From Deinococcus sp. (GTDB taxonomy: Bacteria > Deinococcota > Deinococci > Deinococcales > Deinococcaceae), in the NCBI GenBank assembly GCA_965261005.1, contig OZ253375.1, forward strand, positions 2,144,001 through 2,208,000: 64,000 nt of DNA, written 5' to 3'. Of the stretch, positions 11,731 through 20,677 are shown in pieces (the first letter of the stretch is position 1; each line of letters starts with the position of its first letter). A program made the position numbers and the translations under genes. The notes beneath the pieces are model-generated. The model was given only the letters and a program-made list of their open reading frames with translations, was not told the origin of the DNA and did not search any database.

Positions 11731-12405
11731 ATGCTCCAGCCTCCGGCCCGGCGCGGGCTGCGGGGCACCGTTCACCAGGCGCCCGCAGCGGTCGCCCCCG
11801 TCCGCAAGCTGATGCTGCTGGCGGACTACGTGCATCCCTTCGTGTACCGCGAGGGGTTTCCGAAGGGTGCCCCAGAGGTGGACCTCGCGCTGGTGGCGGG
11901 GGACGTGCCCGGCTCTTACCTGGAGTTTCTGGCCACGACCCTGACCGCGCCGGTGCTGTACGTCCACGGCAACCACGCCAACGAGTTCGTCAACGAGGGC
12001 GACGGTAAGCTCCACCCGCCGCGCGGCGTCACCAACCTTCACGGCCGGGTCATCGAGGTAAACGGGCTGCGCGTCGCCGGCTGGGGCGGCGTGCCGCGCT
12101 ACCGCGAGGGGGGCAGCGGCCAGTACGACCCTTTGGAGGCGAATTGGGGCCTGACCAAGCTGGGCTGGAAGCTGCGCGGCAGACGGCTGGACATCCTGCT
12201 CACCCACGCCCCCCCGGAAGGGCCGCACGCCGGCAGCGATTACGCCCACCGGGGTTGCGGCGCCCTGACCCGCTTTATTCACAAGTCCCGTCCGCGCCTG
12301 GTGGTCCACGGCCACATCCACGAGTACGAGGGCAAAAAGCTGGAATACCAGCAGGAGGAGACCCGCGTGGTGAACGCCTACGGCTACCGCGTTATCGAGC
12401 TATAG
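11731..12405 (+). CDS. Calcineurin-like metallophosphoesterase
   Basis: LAD, AGD, HGNH, THAPP, HGHIH motifs; start uncertain (11719, 11731 or 11812). Confidence 0.85.
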   Translation: MLQPPARRGLRGTVHQAPAAVAPVRKLMLLADYVHPFVYREGFPKGAPEVDLALVAGDVPGSYLEFLATTLTAPVLYVHGNHANEFVNEGDGKLHPPRGVTNLHGRVIEVNGLRVAGWGGVPRYREGGSGQYDPLEANWGLTKLGWKLRGRRLDILLTHAPPEGPHAGSDYAHRGCGALTRFIHKSRPRLVVHGHIHEYEGKKLEYQQEETRVVNAYGYRVIEL

Positions 12406-12517
12406 CTGCTTTCCGCCTGGACCACAGCCACCAACCCAGGGCAATGGCGGTCAGCAGCGCGAACAGCAGGGCGTGCAATCAGCGCGGGTCGAGCGAGAGC
12501 GGCCACTCTAAATTCAC

Positions 12518-12739
12518 TCAGCGCACGACCAGGCCCGAGCCGCAGCGGCAGCGAAACTTGGTCAGGGTGGAGGGCCACGTTCCCGGCCAGGGGCGCCACA
12601 CGGCCTCGCGGCTCCAGGGGTACGGCTTTTCGAGCACATAGACCGAGTGGCCCAACCGCTGCGCCCTGAAGCGGTATTGCCGCGAGCAGCGCGCGCAGGG
12701 ATAGACGTTGCCCCGGAGCGGGGACGGGGCGGCGCTCAC
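12518..12739 (-). CDS. Small Cys-motif (possible zinc-ribbon) protein, 73 aa
   Basis: CARC ... CRC pairs; TACTCT -10-like box just upstream of the GTG. Confidence 0.5.
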   Translation of the reverse strand: MSAAPSPLRGNVYPCARCSRQYRFRAQRLGHSVYVLEKPYPWSREAVWRPWPGTWPSTLTKFRCRCGSGLVVR

Positions 12740-12764
12740 CCGGACAGAGTAGCGTGACGGTCAC

Positions 12765-13811
12765 TCAAGAAAGGTGCGGCCCTTTGCCCTCTAAAGCCTG
12801 CCCCAACTCCCCCGCCCCAATCTGCCACTCGGTCCTCGCCATTAAGGGTTTGAAGCCCAGCGCGCGGTTGATGCTGAGCATCCCCGCGTTGCTGTCGGCG
12901 TTGCCGGTACGTACAAAGCGGGCCTCGGGGTTGAGTTCGAGGGCCGCGCGCAGGTTGGCCGCCTTGATCCACTTGCCCAGGCCCCGGCGGCGGTGCTCCG
13001 GCCGCACGGCGGTGGCGTACTGGATCAGCAGCGTGTCGCGCCCCGCTTGCCAGCCCAGCTCGGTCATCCCGGCCAAAGCGCCGCTTTCCACGTGTATGGC
13101 GAAGGTGTTGACCACCTGCACGCCGGCGGCGGCGTTCTGCGCCTCCCACTCGCGCACCCGCTGGGGGGTGAACTGCGAGTCCTGAATATCTAAATCTCCC
13201 CTGGGCGCCGTGTTCATCACGTTCAGCAGGTCCGCGACGGCCTCCAGACGTTCCTCCGGGTAGGGGCCGGCGTGGGTCCACACCCGGTAGCCGGAAGCGC
13301 CCTCGCGTGTCCACTCGTCCAGCAAACCTGGCGGCAACTCCGAGAGATCGAGCTGGTTCTCATGGTTGGAGAGCGCGGCCTGCGCGCCGAGGGTTCTCAG
13401 AAACGCCTCGCCGGCCGGAATGCGGTCATAGGTGTCGCCCATCAGCTTGCTGCGCCCGCGCGACTCGGCCACGCTCAGCGCCTCCCTTAGCAGCAATGTA
13501 CCGAGGCCCTGGCGGCGCCATCCGGCCAGCACGCTCAGGTCCACCCCGGCGAGGTGGGTGTTGTCCAGCAGCGGCAGGTAGACGGCCGCGTGACCGACCA
13601 CGCGCTCCCCCTCCCAGACGTCCAGGTACAGCACGTCCTCGTCGGTCGGCACCTGGCGCATCGCGGCCACCAGCTTGTCCAGCACCAGGGGCGGGTCCTG
13701 CGGCATTCGCTCGGCGCGCATGGCCTCGCGGTGTTCGGCGACGGCGCGCAGCGCGGTTTCGGGGGCGGTGCGCGGGTTGGCACGTTCGATGTGTGGGGCT
13801 GAAGTCGTCAT
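12765..13811 (-). CDS. Tandem-domain GNAT acetyltransferase
   Basis: Two acetyl-CoA motifs (WRRQGLG, HRRRGLG), TGNADSNAGMLSINRALGF. Confidence 0.88.
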   Translation of the reverse strand: MTTSAPHIERANPRTAPETALRAVAEHREAMRAERMPQDPPLVLDKLVAAMRQVPTDEDVLYLDVWEGERVVGHAAVYLPLLDNTHLAGVDLSVLAGWRRQGLGTLLLREALSVAESRGRSKLMGDTYDRIPAGEAFLRTLGAQAALSNHENQLDLSELPPGLLDEWTREGASGYRVWTHAGPYPEERLEAVADLLNVMNTAPRGDLDIQDSQFTPQRVREWEAQNAAAGVQVVNTFAIHVESGALAGMTELGWQAGRDTLLIQYATAVRPEHRRRGLGKWIKAANLRAALELNPEARFVRTGNADSNAGMLSINRALGFKPLMARTEWQIGAGELGQALEGKGPHLS

Positions 13812-13836
13812 GTTCCCAGTCTGGACGGTCCAGGTC

Positions 13837-13864
13837 AAAAAAGCCTCCGCCATTTGGCGGAGGC
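13837..13864 (-). terminator. Intrinsic terminator of the 13895-14752 gene
   Basis: GCCTCCGCC/GGCGGAGGC stem followed by U6 on the minus strand. Confidence 0.8.
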
Positions 13865-13894
13865 CCGAAGGGAAGCTGTTTAGCGCTCGCCGTA

Positions 13895-14752
13895 TCAGCG
13901 CTCGACCGTGAAAGTCCAGTTGAGGGCCGTGCCGGGAGCGCCCTTGCCGAACAGCTGCGGGTAGGGCGTCGCGCCCAGGGTGTGCCTGCCGGGGGTCAGC
14001 ACGTTCGCGGCGCAGGCGAAGTAGGCGCCTTTTTTGCCGCTCTTATTCTTGGTGTCGCTGCACAGGGCGAAGGGCGCCTCGTTTTCCAGCCGTTCCTGCG
14101 CGCCGCTGAGGGCGAAGCGGACGCTGCCCACCCCCGGCGTCACGTTGGCGCGAATGTTGAGCTGGCGCGGCAGGGCCGAGAGCCGCAGCACGGCGCCCGC
14201 CGGGATGGGGTCGTAGCCGGGCATGGGTTGATCGTTGTCGGCGTTGATCAAGGTGAAGCCCGTCACGGCGACCGCCGCCTTTTCCGAGCGGACCACCGTG
14301 AACGCCACCGCCGCGCCCGCGCCGACCGCGCCGCTGCCGTTCGCGCCCGCCGTGGGCGTGGCCGCCAAGCGGTGCTGGCCCGGCGTGAACACGTTCGCCG
14401 GGCAGGCGAAGTACGCGCCGCGCGTGTCGCTGCACAGCGCGTAGGGCGCGCCGTTCTCGGTCTTGTAGCTGGCGTTGTTGTCAAAGGCGAAGCGCACGCT
14501 GCCGACGCTACCGGCCGTGTTGGCGCGCACGTTCAGCTTGGCGGGCAAGCTGGCGAGGTCGAGGGTCGCCCCCTGCGGGATCGGGTCGTAGCCCGGCACC
14601 GGCCGGTTCGTCCCCGCGTCCATCAGGGTCAGGCCCGTCACGCTGGGGCCGGCGGGGTTGACCTGAATGGAGTTGGGCCGGACCTTTTGGGCGCTGGTGG
14701 GGACGGCGGCGAGGGCGACGAGCGAGAAAATAAGCGGCGCTGATTTGAGCAT
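13895..14752 (-). CDS. Secreted protein made of two tandem ~120-aa beta-rich repeats
   Basis: Signal peptide; duplicated VTG(L/F)TL..PGYDPIP.GA.L.L..LP..LN.RAN...VGSVRFA..EN.AP(Y/F)ALCSD..YFAC..NV.TPG.H.L.ATP. Confidence 0.85.
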   Translation of the reverse strand: MLKSAPLIFSLVALAAVPTSAQKVRPNSIQVNPAGPSVTGLTLMDAGTNRPVPGYDPIPQGATLDLASLPAKLNVRANTAGSVGSVRFAFDNNASYKTENGAPYALCSDTRGAYFACPANVFTPGQHRLAATPTAGANGSGAVGAGAAVAFTVVRSEKAAVAVTGFTLINADNDQPMPGYDPIPAGAVLRLSALPRQLNIRANVTPGVGSVRFALSGAQERLENEAPFALCSDTKNKSGKKGAYFACAANVLTPGRHTLGATPYPQLFGKGAPGTALNWTFTVER

Positions 14753-14858
14753 TCGGGTTCTCCTTGGGCACGAGGAAGGGAAGGCGTTGGCGCGCTCAAG
14801 CTAGCCCCGGTGCGTGACGCCCGTCTGACTCGTGCGCCCAACCCTAGACGCCCGAACC

Positions 14859-15824
14859 TTAGACGCTCAGGGTCTTGGCGCACCTGTATAAATCCCGCGC
14901 AATATCCTTCTTCTTTTCCCAGGTGTCGTGCAGGGGCGTGAAGCAGACTTCCTCGGCGCGCATGCCGGCCATAACGCCGCCTTTGCCGTCCAGCAGGGCG
15001 TTCACGGCGCCCTCGCCGAGGCGTGAGGCCAGGATGCGGTCGGCGGCGGTGGGGGAGCCGCCGCGCTGGATGTGGCCCAGAATGCTGAGGCGGGCCTCCA
15101 GGCCGGTGGCGGCCTCGATTTCCTGCACCACGCCCGCCCCGCCCCCGGCGACGCCCTCGGCGACCACGATAATGGAGGAGGTCTTGCCCTTGGCGACGCT
15201 GACGCGCACGGCGTCAATGACCTCGGGAATGTGGGCGGCGGACTCAGGGACCAGCACTTCCTCGGCGCCGCCCGCAACGGCCACCGAGAGGGCGATAAAG
15301 CCCGAGTCGCGGCCCATCACCTCCACCACGAAGATGCGCTCGTGGCTGGCGGCGGTGTCGCGCAGGCGGTCGATGGCGTCCAAGGCGGTGTTCACGGCGG
15401 TGTCGTAGCCGATGGTGTTGTCGGTGCCGTACAGGTCGTTGTCAATGGTGCCCGGCACGCCGATCACCTTGACGCCGTGTTCCTCCTCAAGCAGGGCGCC
15501 GCCGCGAAACGAGCCGTCGCCGCCGATCACGACGAGGCCGTCCACGCCCCACTCGCGCAGGTACTCGGCCCCCCTGGCGCGCCCCTCGGGGGAGCGCCAG
15601 GTGTGCGAGCGGGCGGTCAGCAGCATGGTGCCGCCGCGCTGGATGATGTTGGCGACGTCGCGCGGCCCGAGCAGGCTCATCTCGCCCCGGTGCAGGCCCC
15701 CGAAGCCGCGCCGCACGCCCACTACCTCCAAACCGGCGGCGTGGCCGGCGCGCACGACCGCGCGTACCGCCGCGTTCATGCCGGGGGCGTCGCCGCCGCT
15801 GGTGAGTACGGCGATGCGGTTCAT
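14859..15824 (-). CDS. pfkA: 6-phosphofructokinase
   Basis: [42 protein letters not shown]. Confidence 0.97.
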   Translation of the reverse strand: MNRIAVLTSGGDAPGMNAAVRAVVRAGHAAGLEVVGVRRGFGGLHRGEMSLLGPRDVANIIQRGGTMLLTARSHTWRSPEGRARGAEYLREWGVDGLVVIGGDGSFRGGALLEEEHGVKVIGVPGTIDNDLYGTDNTIGYDTAVNTALDAIDRLRDTAASHERIFVVEVMGRDSGFIALSVAVAGGAEEVLVPESAAHIPEVIDAVRVSVAKGKTSSIIVVAEGVAGGGAGVVQEIEAATGLEARLSILGHIQRGGSPTAADRILASRLGEGAVNALLDGKGGVMAGMRAEEVCFTPLHDTWEKKKDIARDLYRCAKTLSV

Positions 15825-15879
15825 AAGGGCTGACCCGTCAAACTCGGGGAAGTTGAAAGCATGGACATGTGACGCTCCT

Positions 15880-16731
15880 TCAGGTGAGCGGGCGCTGCTC
15901 GACGGCTTGCAAGGCCAGCTCGTAAGCGTCATTCTTACGCAAACCGGCCGCCATCAGCAACGCGCGAATGTCCCGCGTCCCCTTGCCCTCGGCGGCGAGC
16001 TGATGTGCCAGCTCCACGAAGTCGGCTGCCTGCGCGGGCGGCGCTGGGGGACGGCCCGCCACCACGACCACGATCTCGCCGCGCACGCTCTGCGCGAAGT
16101 GTTCGGCCAATTCGGTCAGGGTGCCGCGCCGGGTCTCCTCGAACAGCTTGCTCAGTTCGCGCGTGACGCTGGCCCGCCGGTCCCTGCCGCAGATTTCTGC
16201 GAGGTCGCGCAGGGTGGCCGCCAAGCGGTGGGGGCTTTCGTAGAGGACGCTGGTCTCGGAACGGGCGGCGACGGCCTCTAGGCGCTCGCGGCGCTCGCGC
16301 CCTCCCCTCGGCAGAAACCCTTCAAAGGTGAAGCGCGCCGCGCTGAGGCCCGACAGCACCAAGGCCGGCACAAAGGCGGTGGGGCCGGGTAACACTTCCA
16401 CCGTGCCGCCCAAACCGAGCACGATCTCGACCAGTTCCGCGCCGGGGTCGCTGATGCCGGGGGTGCCGGCGTCCGAGGCGTAGGCCAGGCGCGGATAGCG
16501 CGCCAGCGCGCCGGGCGCGCGGTCTCGCAGGGTGTGGGCGTCCAGCCGAATGAGGGGCTTGTCGAGACCCAAGTGGCGCAGCAGCGCGCCGGTGCGGCGG
16601 GTGTCTTCGCAGGCGACGGCGTCGGCCCCGGCGAAGGTCTCCACCGCGCGCCGGGTCAAGTCCCCCAAATTGCCCAGCGGGGTGGGCACCAAGGTCACGT
16701 GCGGTCCTATCATTTCCGGCGCCCCTGTCAT
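15880..16731 (-). CDS. rsmI: 16S rRNA C1402 2'-O-methyltransferase
   Basis: [48 protein letters not shown]. Confidence 0.95.
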   Translation of the reverse strand: MTGAPEMIGPHVTLVPTPLGNLGDLTRRAVETFAGADAVACEDTRRTGALLRHLGLDKPLIRLDAHTLRDRAPGALARYPRLAYASDAGTPGISDPGAELVEIVLGLGGTVEVLPGPTAFVPALVLSGLSAARFTFEGFLPRGGRERRERLEAVAARSETSVLYESPHRLAATLRDLAEICGRDRRASVTRELSKLFEETRRGTLTELAEHFAQSVRGEIVVVVAGRPPAPPAQAADFVELAHQLAAEGKGTRDIRALLMAAGLRKNDAYELALQAVEQRPLT

Positions 16732-16982
16732 TCCGGCGGCGCGCCCTCCCGGTTTCCCAGTGGCGGCTCCGGCCCCTCGAAGCCCGGCCCCTCAAAGCTC
16801 AGGCCGGGCGCGGCGGGCTTGAGCCGGATCTTGATGCGCCGCGGGCGCCGCAGGGCGCTCGCGATGGTGGCGCGCAGCAACTCGGCCTCGCCCACCGTGA
16901 CCGTGACCACCGTGCCCTCGGGCAGGCGCGCGTCTTGCAACTCGATCACGCCGTGCACGACCATGCCCCGGTACGCCCTCAC
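16728..16982 (-). CDS. Small hypothetical protein; N-terminal beta-hairpin resembles DUF104/AF2212-type domains
   Basis: MRAYRGMVVHGVIELQDARLPEGTVVTVTV; stop overlaps rsmI start (ATGA). Confidence 0.65.
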   Translation of the reverse strand: MRAYRGMVVHGVIELQDARLPEGTVVTVTVGEAELLRATIASALRRPRRIKIRLKPAAPGLSFEGPGFEGPEPPLGNREGAPPE

Positions 16983-17031
16983 GCCGCCCACCCAGGGCCA
17001 CGTTGATGCCCGGCCCACCTGCCACACTCGC

Positions 17032-17448
17032 TCATTCCGACCTCCGCCGCCGGCGCCCCGCGCGTGCCAAGGCCGCGCGGAGCGCCACAATTTCACTTTC
17101 CCGTGCGCCCTCAAGCCGGGCGTAGCGGTCGATGACCTCGCTCGCCTCGCGGCGGCGCCCCAACCGGAGCAGCAGCACGCCCAAGTGTTCCTCACCCACG
17201 TAAAAGGCCCCCGGGTTGTGGGGATCGCCCTCGACTTGCGCGCGGGCGGTCAGCAACCGCTCCAATCGCGAGCGGTGCTCGGCGACCTGCGCGCGAATGG
17301 CCGTCAGCGCGAACCCAAAGGCCGTCAGCACCAAGAGGGCCGTCGTGCTGGTGGAGCGGGCGAGGCCGTAGTCGGCCGCGAAGCGCACCAACAGCGGAAA
17401 CACGAACGCGAGGACCATCAGCACCGCCAAGGTGGCCGCGTAGTTCAT
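17032..17448 (-). CDS. Membrane protein with two TM helices and a TPR-like tail
   Basis: Hydrophobic N-terminal segments; same strand and just upstream of the 16982 gene and rsmI. Confidence 0.7.
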   Translation of the reverse strand: MNYAATLAVLMVLAFVFPLLVRFAADYGLARSTSTTALLVLTAFGFALTAIRAQVAEHRSRLERLLTARAQVEGDPHNPGAFYVGEEHLGVLLLRLGRRREASEVIDRYARLEGARESEIVALRAALARAGRRRRRSE

Positions 17449-17581
17449 CCCGCCACCCCGCTTCGCCCCAAGCCGCCACGTTTGACCTTGCTGCCACGCT
17501 CGTCCCTCCAGCCCAACATGCTGCCAGTGTACCCGCTGCGCCGGGCGCAAAGAGAACCCGTCCCACCGTATTCTTAACCCC

Positions 17582-18019
17582 TTGAAACTTCACCTGATCA
17601 CGGTCGGCGAACCCAAGCTCGCCTACGCCCGCGCCGGCTGGGACGAGTACTACGGCCGTCTCGGGCGCTACCACAAGCCGCGCGTGACGCGGGTGCCCGG
17701 CGGCGGGCCGCAGCGCGAGGGCGCGGTTATCCTGCGCGCGGCCGGGCGCGCCCCGCTGGTGGCCCTCGATCCGCGCGGCGCCCAGCTCAGCTCTTCGGAG
17801 CTGGCCGGCTTTCTAGGCGGCCTGGCGCTGGGCGGCGCGGGGGAAGCGGCCTTTTGCGTGGGTGGCCCGGACGGGCTGTCGGACGCGGTGCGCGCCGGGT
17901 CGCACACCCTGTGGAGCTTGTCCCGGCTCACCTTGCCGCACGACCTCGCCATGCTGGTGCTCTTGGAGGCCCTCTACCGCGCCGCCACCATCAGCGCGGG
18001 CGAACCGTACCACCGCTGA
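17582..18019 (+). CDS. rlmH: 23S rRNA pseudouridine-1915 N3-methyltransferase
   Basis: MKLHLITVG, LDPRG...SS.ELA, GGPDG, SLSRLTLPH...LEALYRA...GEPYHR. Confidence 0.95.
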   Translation: MKLHLITVGEPKLAYARAGWDEYYGRLGRYHKPRVTRVPGGGPQREGAVILRAAGRAPLVALDPRGAQLSSSELAGFLGGLALGGAGEAAFCVGGPDGLSDAVRAGSHTLWSLSRLTLPHDLAMLVLLEALYRAATISAGEPYHR

Positions 18020-18020
18020 A

Positions 18021-18151
18021 AAGAATTCCGAAAATTTTCGTACTGTACGAAAATTTTCCGAGCGGCGCGAGTAGGAAAGAGCTACGGGTTTCGCGGTATG
18101 GAGTACAGGCGAGCGCGGTTCTCGACTGTACGGAATTGAGCGGAATCCGTA
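18021..18151 (+). repeat. Small non-coding structured repeat, copy 1 (resembles Deinococcus SRE/SNR elements)
   Basis: About 92% identical to the reverse complement of 59879-60010; internal 14-bp palindrome; ends in CGGAATCCGTA. Confidence 0.9.
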
Positions 18152-18158
18152 GAAAGCG

Positions 18159-18581
18159 TCATGGGTTCAGCAGGGCCGTGAGTTCATCCAGTAAGTCGCC
18201 GGCCCGCGCGATTTGCTCGGGCGTCAGCCCGGGGTGAAGCGCCGCCAGGGTGTCCGCCAGCGGCGCCCCCGCGCGGGGCAACAGCACCTCCTCACGCACG
18301 CCGGGGGCCAAGTCAATGCGGACGCGCCGACCGTCGCCCGGATCGGGCGTGGCGCTCAAAACGCCCCCCTCCCGCAGCTCGGCCACGATCTTGGACACGA
18401 AGCTTTGGGCCAGCTTCACGCGCGCCACGATCTCGCCGACGGAACTTCCCGGATGGCGCGCGATGTCCTCCACCACGGCGATCAGCCCCGGCGAGGGCGC
18501 CGCCTCGCCCACCCGCACGGTCGCCCGCGTCGCCACCTCGCGCAGGTGGCGGGCCAAGCGGTGGAGCTGTCCGGCGTTCAT
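18159..18581 (-). CDS. MarR-family transcriptional regulator
   Basis: wHTH; QSFVSKIVAELREGGVL...DPGDGRR wing motif. Confidence 0.88.
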   Translation of the reverse strand: MNAGQLHRLARHLREVATRATVRVGEAAPSPGLIAVVEDIARHPGSSVGEIVARVKLAQSFVSKIVAELREGGVLSATPDPGDGRRVRIDLAPGVREEVLLPRAGAPLADTLAALHPGLTPEQIARAGDLLDELTALLNP

Positions 18582-18603
18582 GACGAAATCCTAACTGTTC
18601 AAG

Positions 18604-18637
18604 TTAGATCTCTTATGATATATCTACATAGATCTAA
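18604..18637. promoter_or_regulatory. Candidate MarR operator (inverted repeat)
   Basis: TTAGATCT-N18-AGATCTAA with nested ATCTAcaTAGAT in the AT-rich divergent intergenic region. Confidence 0.55.
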
Positions 18638-18661
18638 TCGATGGATCACGAGGAGGCATGG

Positions 18662-19171
18662 ATGAACCTGACGGATACCTTGATCAGCTTGGCTTTGGTC
18701 AGCTTGGTGCTTCGGCAGCTGCGGGCAAGGCCCCTCACGGCGGCGGGCCTGCTGTGGCCGCTGCCCTTGGTGCTGTACGCCGCGCTGACCAATCTGCGCG
18801 CGCTGCCAACGGGTGCGGGCCTCGACTTCACGCTGCTGCTCGGCCTGATCGGGCTGGGGCTGGGCCTGCTGTGTGGGCTGTTCACGCGGGTGTACGCCGG
18901 CAAAGGCGCCGTGCTGGCCCGCGCGACCGGCCTCGCCGCCGCGCTGTGGATTGTGGGCGTCGGCTCACGGCTGGGGTTCGCTTTTTATGCCGAGCACGGC
19001 GGGGGCGCGGCCATCGCCCGCCTCAGCGATCAGCTTCACCTGACCCAGGGCGCCTGGGTCGCCGGCTTGCTGCTGATGTCGCTCGCGGAGGTGCTGGGCC
19101 GCAGCGCCACGCTGCTGTGGCGCAGAGCCTTGGTACGGCGTGAACAGCTTCGACCGGGCGTCAGCGCCTGA
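18662..19171 (+). CDS. Membrane protein, CcdC/DUF1453-like
   Basis: About 5 TM helices, RQLRARPL...LWPL N-terminus; GAGGAGG RBS; divergent from MarR. Confidence 0.7.
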   Translation: MNLTDTLISLALVSLVLRQLRARPLTAAGLLWPLPLVLYAALTNLRALPTGAGLDFTLLLGLIGLGLGLLCGLFTRVYAGKGAVLARATGLAAALWIVGVGSRLGFAFYAEHGGGAAIARLSDQLHLTQGAWVAGLLLMSLAEVLGRSATLLWRRALVRREQLRPGVSA

Positions 19172-19186
19172 GTGAGGACATGAGGA

Positions 19187-19212
19187 CGCCCCCGACAATG
19201 AACGTCGGGGGC
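19187..19212. terminator. Hairpin between convergent genes
   Basis: GCCCCCGAC / GTCGGGGGC inverted repeat. Confidence 0.55.
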
Positions 19213-19229
19213 TTGTCGCGGGTGCTGGG

Positions 19230-20081
19230 TTACTGACCGCCGGTTTGGGGCAGCCGGCCAATCGAAACGACCGTCAGGCCGGCCACCTGACGAACGCGCA
19301 CGGTAACCCGCTCGCCGTTGCGCTCGAAGGTTTCGCTTTGCACCCCGTCCGCGCTGGTCGTCACGAGATTCGCCGTCGTGGCGGTGGTGTCGGTTGGTGT
19401 CGTGGTGGCGGCGGCGGTGCCCGTCGTGTCGGTGGCCGTGCCCGTGGTCCCCGTCGCGGTTTCAGTGGTATCCGTCGAGGTCGTGCCGGTCGTGTCCGTG
19501 GTCCCCGTTGAAGTCGTGTCGGTGGTGCCGGTGGCTGTGCCGGTCGTATCCGTTCCGGTCGTGCCCGTGGTGCCGGTCGTGCCCGTCGAGGTCGTGTCGG
19601 TGGCCGTGCCAGCTGTTCCCGTAGTGTCGGTCGTGGTTGCGGCGGTCCCAGTCGTGTCGGTCGCGGTCGTGCCCGTCGTGTCCGTCCCCGCCGTGCCAGT
19701 GGTCGCGGTGCCGGCGCTTCCCGTGCTGGTACTGCCCGTGGTGGTGCCCGCCGGGCTGGAGGCGTCTACCGGCGTGAAGCCTTGTGCCTGCAAGGCCGCC
19801 GCGTACTGCGCCAGCGCGTCGGGAATCATGCCTTGGTACACCACGCTCTGCCCCAAGACGGTCTTGACTTCCCGCAGCGGCGTGGCGCCCGTCAGGTACG
19901 CCAGCGTCAAAGTATCCGAGGCGAGCGGCAGGGTGGTCTGACCGCTGAGCGGCGTGGTGGGGGCAGCCTGGGTCGTGGTCGTGGCCGGCGCCGTTTGGGC
20001 GAGGGCGGCCGTGCCGAGGCCCAAGGTGGTCAGACCTAGGGCCAGGGCGGCGGTCAGACGGTGCTGTGATCGAGTACGCAT
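19230..20081 (-). CDS. Secreted protein with Thr/Gly/Asp-rich low-complexity repeat region
   Basis: Signal peptide (ALA|QT); many TDTTGT-like units; GGAGGA RBS. Confidence 0.8.
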   Translation of the reverse strand: MRTRSQHRLTAALALGLTTLGLGTAALAQTAPATTTTQAAPTTPLSGQTTLPLASDTLTLAYLTGATPLREVKTVLGQSVVYQGMIPDALAQYAAALQAQGFTPVDASSPAGTTTGSTSTGSAGTATTGTAGTDTTGTTATDTTGTAATTTDTTGTAGTATDTTSTGTTGTTGTTGTDTTGTATGTTDTTSTGTTDTTGTTSTDTTETATGTTGTATDTTGTAAATTTPTDTTATTANLVTTSADGVQSETFERNGERVTVRVRQVAGLTVVSIGRLPQTGGQ

Positions 20082-20230
20082 GATGGTCCTCCGACGCTGC
20101 GCCCGGCGCTTGGGACCATCCCAAGGCTGGTGGGCGCTTGCTGTTCGGAGCTTAAGAAACGTTGATGTGACACCCGCTCAAAAAGGGCGCCGCCGCTTTG
20201 GTGAAGTTTTTAGTATTCGCGCCGCCGGCC

Positions 20231-20668
20231 CTAGGCCCCGTGTTTTTCCCTTACCGTCAACACCGGCACGGGAGACTCGCGCACCAGGTGTTCGGCCAGA
20301 GAGCCGAGGAAGAAGTGCGTCAGACCTTCGCGGCCTTGGGTGCCGGTCACGATCAGATCGGCGTTCCAATCGGCGCTCACCTGCAAAATGGCGCGCAGCG
20401 GGTCGCCGCTGACCAGTTCGCCCTCCTCGTCACCCTGAAGCAGTTCGGCGAGGCGCGCCTTGTCGGTTTGCCCGAACTCGCGCTGCACGTCGGGGGGCGG
20501 CGCGACGGGGACCATGCCGCCGGTCGTGAGATCGGGCACCGCCACGGCGCGGGCGTCCAGCACGTGCAGCAGCATTTTGCTGGCCCCGGGAAACGCCCCG
20601 CGCGCCACCGCCAGGGCGCGCGCCGAGGCGGGTGAAAAGTCGGTGGGAATGAGAACGCGCTCGAACAT
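20231..20668 (-). CDS. Universal stress protein
   Basis: MFERVLIPTDFS, ADLIVTGTQGREG...LGSLAEHLVRESPVPVL. Confidence 0.93.
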   Translation of the reverse strand: MFERVLIPTDFSPASARALAVARGAFPGASKMLLHVLDARAVAVPDLTTGGMVPVAPPPDVQREFGQTDKARLAELLQGDEEGELVSGDPLRAILQVSADWNADLIVTGTQGREGLTHFFLGSLAEHLVRESPVPVLTVREKHGA

Positions 20669-20677
20669 AAGGGCACC

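Noticed and set aside
12384..12764. 126-aa minus-strand ORF
   Set aside because: No motif; the overlapping 73-aa Cys-motif frame has the better start context
19370..19750. Repetitive DNA as a possible CRISPR array
   Set aside because: Degenerate codon-level repeats inside a CDS; no constant repeat with unique spacers and no cas genes
19318..19941. 207-aa Val-rich ORF on the plus strand
   Set aside because: Antisense shadow of the Thr-codon repeats of the real minus-strand gene
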